A stretch of DNA of 64,000 nucleotides, taken from contig CAMNUC010000001.1 in the NCBI GenBank assembly GCA_946560015.1, forward strand, positions 10,570 through 74,569, in the 5' to 3' direction. Below, one piece after another: positions 59,771-64,000 of this stretch (the first letter of the stretch is position 1; each line of letters begins with the position of its first letter). The notes beneath the pieces were generated by a model. The model saw only the letters and a list, made by a program, of their open reading frames with translations, was not told the DNA's origin and searched no databases. The stretch is from an uncultured Candidatus Saccharibacteria bacterium. Lineage in GTDB: Bacteria > Patescibacteriota > Saccharimonadia > Saccharimonadales > Saccharimonadaceae. Position numbers and translations under genes: made by a program.

Positions 59771-60124
59771 CTATTCTGTATCGTCACCTAGAAGTGCTTC
59801 GAGCAGTATAGCTTTCAGCAGCTTCTCAAACGCATCAAAGTTTTTGCCTTTATTGGGCTTTTTCTCATGCGTATGACGTGCGTGTGGCGTATCTTTGCCC
59901 TCAGCATCTTCCAATATTCGCTCTGCGCACAGTTCTAATCCCTTCATGAGCCCGATCATTATCTTTGTATTTTTAGGATATGATGATGCCATAGTGACAC
60001 CTTTAGCTCCAGCTATGATGACAACGGCACCTTTAATATCCTGTTTTTGTAAAAGAGCATCTAACGCACTCTGCGCAATATCTTTTTTGTGCTTTCTTGT
60101 AGCTTTTAGCTTGTTTTTTGGCAT
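59771..60124 (-). CDS. Hypothetical phage protein
   Basis: AAAGGA RBS, 117 aa. Confidence 0.6.
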   Translation of the reverse strand: MPKNKLKATRKHKKDIAQSALDALLQKQDIKGAVVIIAGAKGVTMASSYPKNTKIMIGLMKGLELCAERILEDAEGKDTPHARHTHEKKPNKGKNFDAFEKLLKAILLEALLGDDTE

Positions 60125-60224
60125 ACATTCCTTTACTTAATTTTTATTGGGAGGTCTTGATGGCGCGAACTTATGTCCCCAACTCCTTTGCAATGGCAGA
60201 TTGGTCGGAGAGCCTCGATCTTTT

Positions 60225-60392
60225 CTAGTCTGCGTCCTCCCATTCGTCATTTAACTCTTTGAGCGTGTGATAGTGCATCACCATATCCTTTGCACCAGTC
60301 TGCTCGGCTACGGCAAAGATGCGGATGCCGCCTTCGTATTCTTCGCTACGAACACGATAATTCTTGCCGTCTTGTTTATTTTTGAGTAGCAT
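60225..60392 (-). CDS. 55-aa hypothetical phage protein
   Basis: MLLKNKQDG...TLKELNDEWEDAD; GAGG RBS. Confidence 0.55.
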   Translation of the reverse strand: MLLKNKQDGKNYRVRSEEYEGGIRIFAVAEQTGAKDMVMHYHTLKELNDEWEDAD

Positions 60393-60397
60393 CTTGG

Positions 60398-60646
60398 TTA
60401 ATCCTCATCTTCGCTTTCCTTGATGCCAGCAGCCAAAATTAGGCTTTCTATTTCTGCCTCCGGAATCTCTTTTGGCTTAAACATGTGGACTTTACCACCA
60501 ATCTTTTTGGCTAGTTTATAGGCATCCGCGAATTTCATAAGGGAATCTGGTTGCTCTGTAAGTTTTGCTCCTTCATAATCACGTTTTGCCCACATGTTCC
60601 CAACTCGTACGGCAAAATTTCCATTAATTTTGATTTCTTCTTTCAT
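60398..60646 (-). CDS. Hypothetical phage protein
   Basis: AAGGAG RBS. Confidence 0.6.
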   Translation of the reverse strand: MKEEIKINGNFAVRVGNMWAKRDYEGAKLTEQPDSLMKFADAYKLAKKIGGKVHMFKPKEIPEAEIESLILAAGIKESEDED

Positions 60647-60678
60647 ACTTTCTCCTTATATGAATTAAATTTAATAAA

Positions 60679-60957
60679 CTAAAATGGTATGTCCTCCGGT
60701 GCAATATCTTTCGCTTCGGTGGCACCGAGAGGCTTTTTGTCGGTAAAATTAGGCTTCTTTTCATCGTCATAGAATATGCTGGCAAATTGACCTTCGCCGA
60801 AGCCGTTTGCGTGTAATTTGACGCACATTTGGCTATGATGTGGAGTTGCTAGAACTATGCCGATTTCGTGGTAGCGATTTTTCTCTTTGCCGTCTTTATC
60901 TGTATAGATGCCATTTTTCACCATCAGACGGCCGATTTTTTGTAGATTGCTTGCCAT
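60679..60957 (-). CDS. Putative single-stranded DNA-binding protein
   Basis: Y.DKDG.EK.RY..IG; acidic EDIPF tail; follows the exonuclease and annealing genes. Confidence 0.7.
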   Translation of the reverse strand: MASNLQKIGRLMVKNGIYTDKDGKEKNRYHEIGIVLATPHHSQMCVKLHANGFGEGQFASIFYDDEKKPNFTDKKPLGATEAKDIAPEDIPF

Positions 60958-60981
60958 TTTTACCTCCAATCTTCTCGGCTT

Positions 60982-61788
60982 CTAAAAGCCTATTTCCTTA
61001 ATCTTTTCTATATCAGCCAAGATACGCTCCATAATCGCATCCTCAAAGGCTTTTGCGTCAGCAATTCTATCAGCCACGTCCTCACGTTTGATCTCAAAAA
61101 CTTGCAGTTCCAGTCCGGGTATCAAGTCGGTGTATAGCAGGAAATATAGTCGTTCTAGCCTCTCATTGACCACAAAATACTTGATAACTTGAGGCTCATA
61201 TTCTTGAGGATATTGGTTAGTCAGATAAGCCTTAATAATTTCCCAGCTGGCTAAGCATTTAACCTCAATAGCTGCGAGAATATTGCCATTCTCGTCCTCG
61301 ATAGCACCGTCTGGGGAAATGTAGATATTTGGGTTATCATCTCTTACCCATACACCGGGTTCTTTATTGATGATAAGTTCATTATTTTGCCCCATTCTTT
61401 CAGCAAAAGCGTCAATAGCATCGTTCTCTAGTAAATGACCACGTTCCATTTCATTAAACGGCTTGCCATTCAAACGATCCACATAATCGTTAGGTGTAAG
61501 TGGTCGTGCTACTTCGCTAGCGATTAACTCATAATATTTCTTTTTCGGATCGGAGTTGAGCTTAAGCTTGGCAAGTTCCTCCGGCTCGAGCATTGCAGCT
61601 AAATCCTCGACTTTGAGTCTTTTATCTGCTGGTGGCAGTTCTTGCCCATCACGCTCAAGAAAATCGACAATCTTACTCTTGAGTGGGAGGCCCGGTATCC
61701 ATAGATCCTTGAACTCGCTTCCACCAGATTTGCCTTTACGAAACTCAAGCCACTCCTCGCTATTTTGTTTGATCTTTAGAACTTTCAT
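60982..61788 (-). CDS. YqaJ/lambda-exonuclease family protein
   Basis: QNSEEWL..R, M.RGH.LE, SPDG, IEVKC, Y..Q. Confidence 0.88.
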   Translation of the reverse strand: MKVLKIKQNSEEWLEFRKGKSGGSEFKDLWIPGLPLKSKIVDFLERDGQELPPADKRLKVEDLAAMLEPEELAKLKLNSDPKKKYYELIASEVARPLTPNDYVDRLNGKPFNEMERGHLLENDAIDAFAERMGQNNELIINKEPGVWVRDDNPNIYISPDGAIEDENGNILAAIEVKCLASWEIIKAYLTNQYPQEYEPQVIKYFVVNERLERLYFLLYTDLIPGLELQVFEIKREDVADRIADAKAFEDAIMERILADIEKIKEIGF

Positions 61789-62512
61789 TGCTCTCTTCCT
61801 TCTTACTCTTTTTCAAAAACTTTCGCTTCAGAGTATCCTTGCTTGCGATTACGCTTTGGTTGCTACGGATCTCTACTGGCAAATGGACAAAAACACTCTG
61901 CAGTTCTGCCATATTTTCGGCCTTACGCATATCCTCTTTGGCCTTCTCAATGGCTTCATCCTCTCGTTGTTGCTTCTCATCAACACTAATGACATTCACT
62001 TCTTGAAAATCGTCTTTGTGATAAACGTCACGGAATAAGCCGAACTCGCTGGCACACTTTTTGAGAGCATCGCTCGCAGCACCTTTCATATCGTTACCGA
62101 AATCCAGAAATTCTTTGGCTGGAACTTTCTTTTTCAGATTGTCATCGTATTTCGTCTTAAACTTCACCTCGCAACGACCAAATTGCTCTTTAATGAGTTG
62201 TATTCCGTTTGCATAGACGGTTAAGCGACCTTTTACTACTACAACTCCACTTCCGGCTATTTTTGCAGCTTCCTCTAGACTCGTGAGAACCTCAAAGCTC
62301 CAGAGATAGCCAAAGACACGATTTAGTACGTCAATAGCATATCCAGTTTTTACGTAATCCCACGTTCCACCACCTTTCGCTGGACGCTTCATCAGTTTGT
62401 CCTCTGGGGTTTTCTGGTAGAATATGGAAAGCTGTTCTGCCGTAAAAGGACTATTTGTCATTAGTAGGTCGTCTGGAGTGACAACCTCTGGAAGTCTATT
62501 CTTAGTCGTCAT
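61760..62512 (-). CDS. Rad52/Sak-like single-strand annealing protein
   Basis: GGG...YV, LN.VFG..WS, K.A.SDALK.CA..FG...DVY. Confidence 0.85.
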   Translation of the reverse strand: MTTKNRLPEVVTPDDLLMTNSPFTAEQLSIFYQKTPEDKLMKRPAKGGGTWDYVKTGYAIDVLNRVFGYLWSFEVLTSLEEAAKIAGSGVVVVKGRLTVYANGIQLIKEQFGRCEVKFKTKYDDNLKKKVPAKEFLDFGNDMKGAASDALKKCASEFGLFRDVYHKDDFQEVNVISVDEKQQREDEAIEKAKEDMRKAENMAELQSVFVHLPVEIRSNQSVIASKDTLKRKFLKKSKKEESNESSKDQTK

Positions 62513-62616
62513 GTCCGCAACTCCTTTCTAGCTGCTGCCAATACTGATCGTTTTGAATTTTCTTTTGTAATTCTTGTTCGCGTTCCTCACGCATTTCTCG
62601 AATTGAGTCTACATCT

Positions 62617-62799
62617 TCATCCATTTGACTTCTCCGTATCAAAAACGTTATTCCAATACAGGATTACAGCTAGCAATCCGGCAGCTACAAAAGGAACAAA
62701 CCAGTATCGCATGTCCTCTACTTCCGAGAACATTACGAGTGCCGATGGTATACCAACCATCCAGCTGACTGTCTTCTTAAAATTGACCCGCTTAGACAT
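62617..62799 (-). CDS. Small two-TM protein, first gene of the early operon
   Basis: GGAGG RBS before ATG 62799. Confidence 0.6.
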   Translation of the reverse strand: MSKRVNFKKTVSWMVGIPSALVMFSEVEDMRYWFVPFVAAGLLAVILYWNNVFDTEKSNG

Positions 62800-62944
62800 T
62801 TCTATGCCTCCATAAAATTGATATTCTTGCCGAAAAAACGACCTGTCGGGAATCGCTAACTTTACGCGCATTCCTCAGTTTTTCAGATCGTTCTTGGCTT
62901 TATGAGGTGACAACATACACATAAAGTTCTCGCCTCAATGGAAC

Positions 62945-62971
62945 CAAAAAAGATCGGCTTTTAACCGATCT
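62945..62971 (-). terminator. Terminator at the right prophage end
   Basis: agatcggtt-aaa-agccgatct followed by a T tract on the minus strand. Confidence 0.7.
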
Positions 62972-63224
62972 GTATAGTACTTATGGTGGGCTTATTGTAA
63001 CAGGGGTGAATCAATGATACAATGGTAGGGTAAGGTGAAAACTTTGCCTTAAGTACTTCTGAGATTGGATAGATCGGTTGAAGAATCGGTTGGCTTCTGG
63101 TGCGATTGCTAGTTAGTGCTATGTGTACAAACTAGCAGGGCAGTAGATGTACAAATCTGATAACTGATGTGCTGTGGTAGGGTTTTACGAAGCTTTTTGA
63201 AAAAACAGAGAGGGGAACTGAAAA

Positions 63225-63887
63225 ATGAAAATGCTGAAGAAGATCCTGATGTACACGGTGCTGTTTCTGAATCATCCGGTGAGGATGGTGCAGGCGGTCA
63301 TGGTGTGTTGGCTGATGGAGGCGCGTCAAACGGCGTATATCGTCAGAGCGAGACGTGCGTCGGTGCCGAAGGCGATAGCTGGCTTGTATAGCATACTTTC
63401 TATGGTGACATACTTCGGTGTTGCTTGCCTGGTGGTGCTGTCGCCGGCATTGCTTAGGGTATTTACTGAGCATGACCGAGCCGCGGTGTTAGAAGATTGG
63501 GCGACTGTTCCGGCGTTCTGCTTCGTTATGGTGGTTTTGCTCACCGCAGTGATACTGATGTCGACAGTGCTCATGCCGTGCTATTTTCTGTGTATGGTGC
63601 CCTGTAGTGATGAGCAGTGTCGTAAAAGTTTGAAACTGGCGCGAAATCTGTTCATTGGAATGCAATTGCTGTGGCCGGTGATGGCTATAGCGCCGGTATG
63701 GACTCCGTGGAATGGCACGGAACTGCTGAGCGACTTGGTGACAGTTGTGGCCGTGAACGGGATGATATTTGCAATGGCAACATTTATCCTGCTGATAGCA
63801 CTGATAGCGTTAGCGCAAGGAATCTATTGCTTAGTGCGCTGGTTTGGCGCGCGGAAGAAGCACGAGGAAGCTCGACTGTCGATCTAA
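63225..63887 (+). CDS. Host membrane hypothetical protein
   Basis: About four hydrophobic segments; host-like composition. Confidence 0.6.
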   Translation: MKMLKKILMYTVLFLNHPVRMVQAVMVCWLMEARQTAYIVRARRASVPKAIAGLYSILSMVTYFGVACLVVLSPALLRVFTEHDRAAVLEDWATVPAFCFVMVVLLTAVILMSTVLMPCYFLCMVPCSDEQCRKSLKLARNLFIGMQLLWPVMAIAPVWTPWNGTELLSDLVTVVAVNGMIFAMATFILLIALIALAQGIYCLVRWFGARKKHEEARLSI

Positions 63888-64000
63888 TCTCTAGCGATAG
63901 GCTGGGCGAAATGCCCGGCCTATTTTATATACAGAGCTACTGGGCTGTCTGGGGTGCTGTTTGTGCTGGTTAGGTTTAATTTGACGGTGTTCGATTTTGA

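Larger units (their letters stand above)
30207..63002. mobile_element. Siphovirus-like prophage, ~32.8 kb (boundaries approximate)
   Basis: Integrase, terminase, portal, capsid, tail, lysis and recombination modules; host G-skew is lost here and resumes near 63.0 kb. Confidence 0.92.

Noticed and set aside
30220-62990. Long att direct repeat, tRNA target or dif-like site
   Set aside because: Only short matches were seen (TTATGG; AGA[A/T]CGG[T/C]TTTT); no tRNA cloverleaf or convincing dif arms.

Overview
The window has two parts. About 30 kb is bacterial chromosome (1-~30.2 kb and ~63.0-64.0 kb, strongly G-rich on the + strand), and gene content suggests Saccharibacteria/CPR (inference). It carries ileS, rplU, parAB, rnj, clpC (with a perfect CIRCE), clpP, rnhA, rplY, several surface proteins, a PfkB-like/class I aldolase fusion and a KwaB-like gene. 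The rest is a ~32.8 kb siphovirus-type prophage (~30.2-63.0 kb) with integrase, packaging, head, tail, lysis and early modules. Main discovery: a nested, multi-site DNA inversion system (shufflon) acting on the tail fibre. Three perfect inverted-repeat pairs of 18, 34 and 16 bp, all containing GTAACAT, could fuse four different receptor-binding C-termini in frame to one fibre gene. One inversion would flip a ~6.1 kb block that carries its own promoter plus the holin, lysin and tail genes. No invertase lies next to the cassettes. Also notable: four late promoters share an ATCAATGA motif followed by a leader terminator; the two prophage ends show bipartite antisense complementarity although no CI-like repressor is recognisable; the major capsid gene has an in-frame TAA; the MuF protein has a toxin-like extension; and ileS contains an in-frame 108-bp palindromic insertion. 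All calls come from reading the sequence; no database searches were run.
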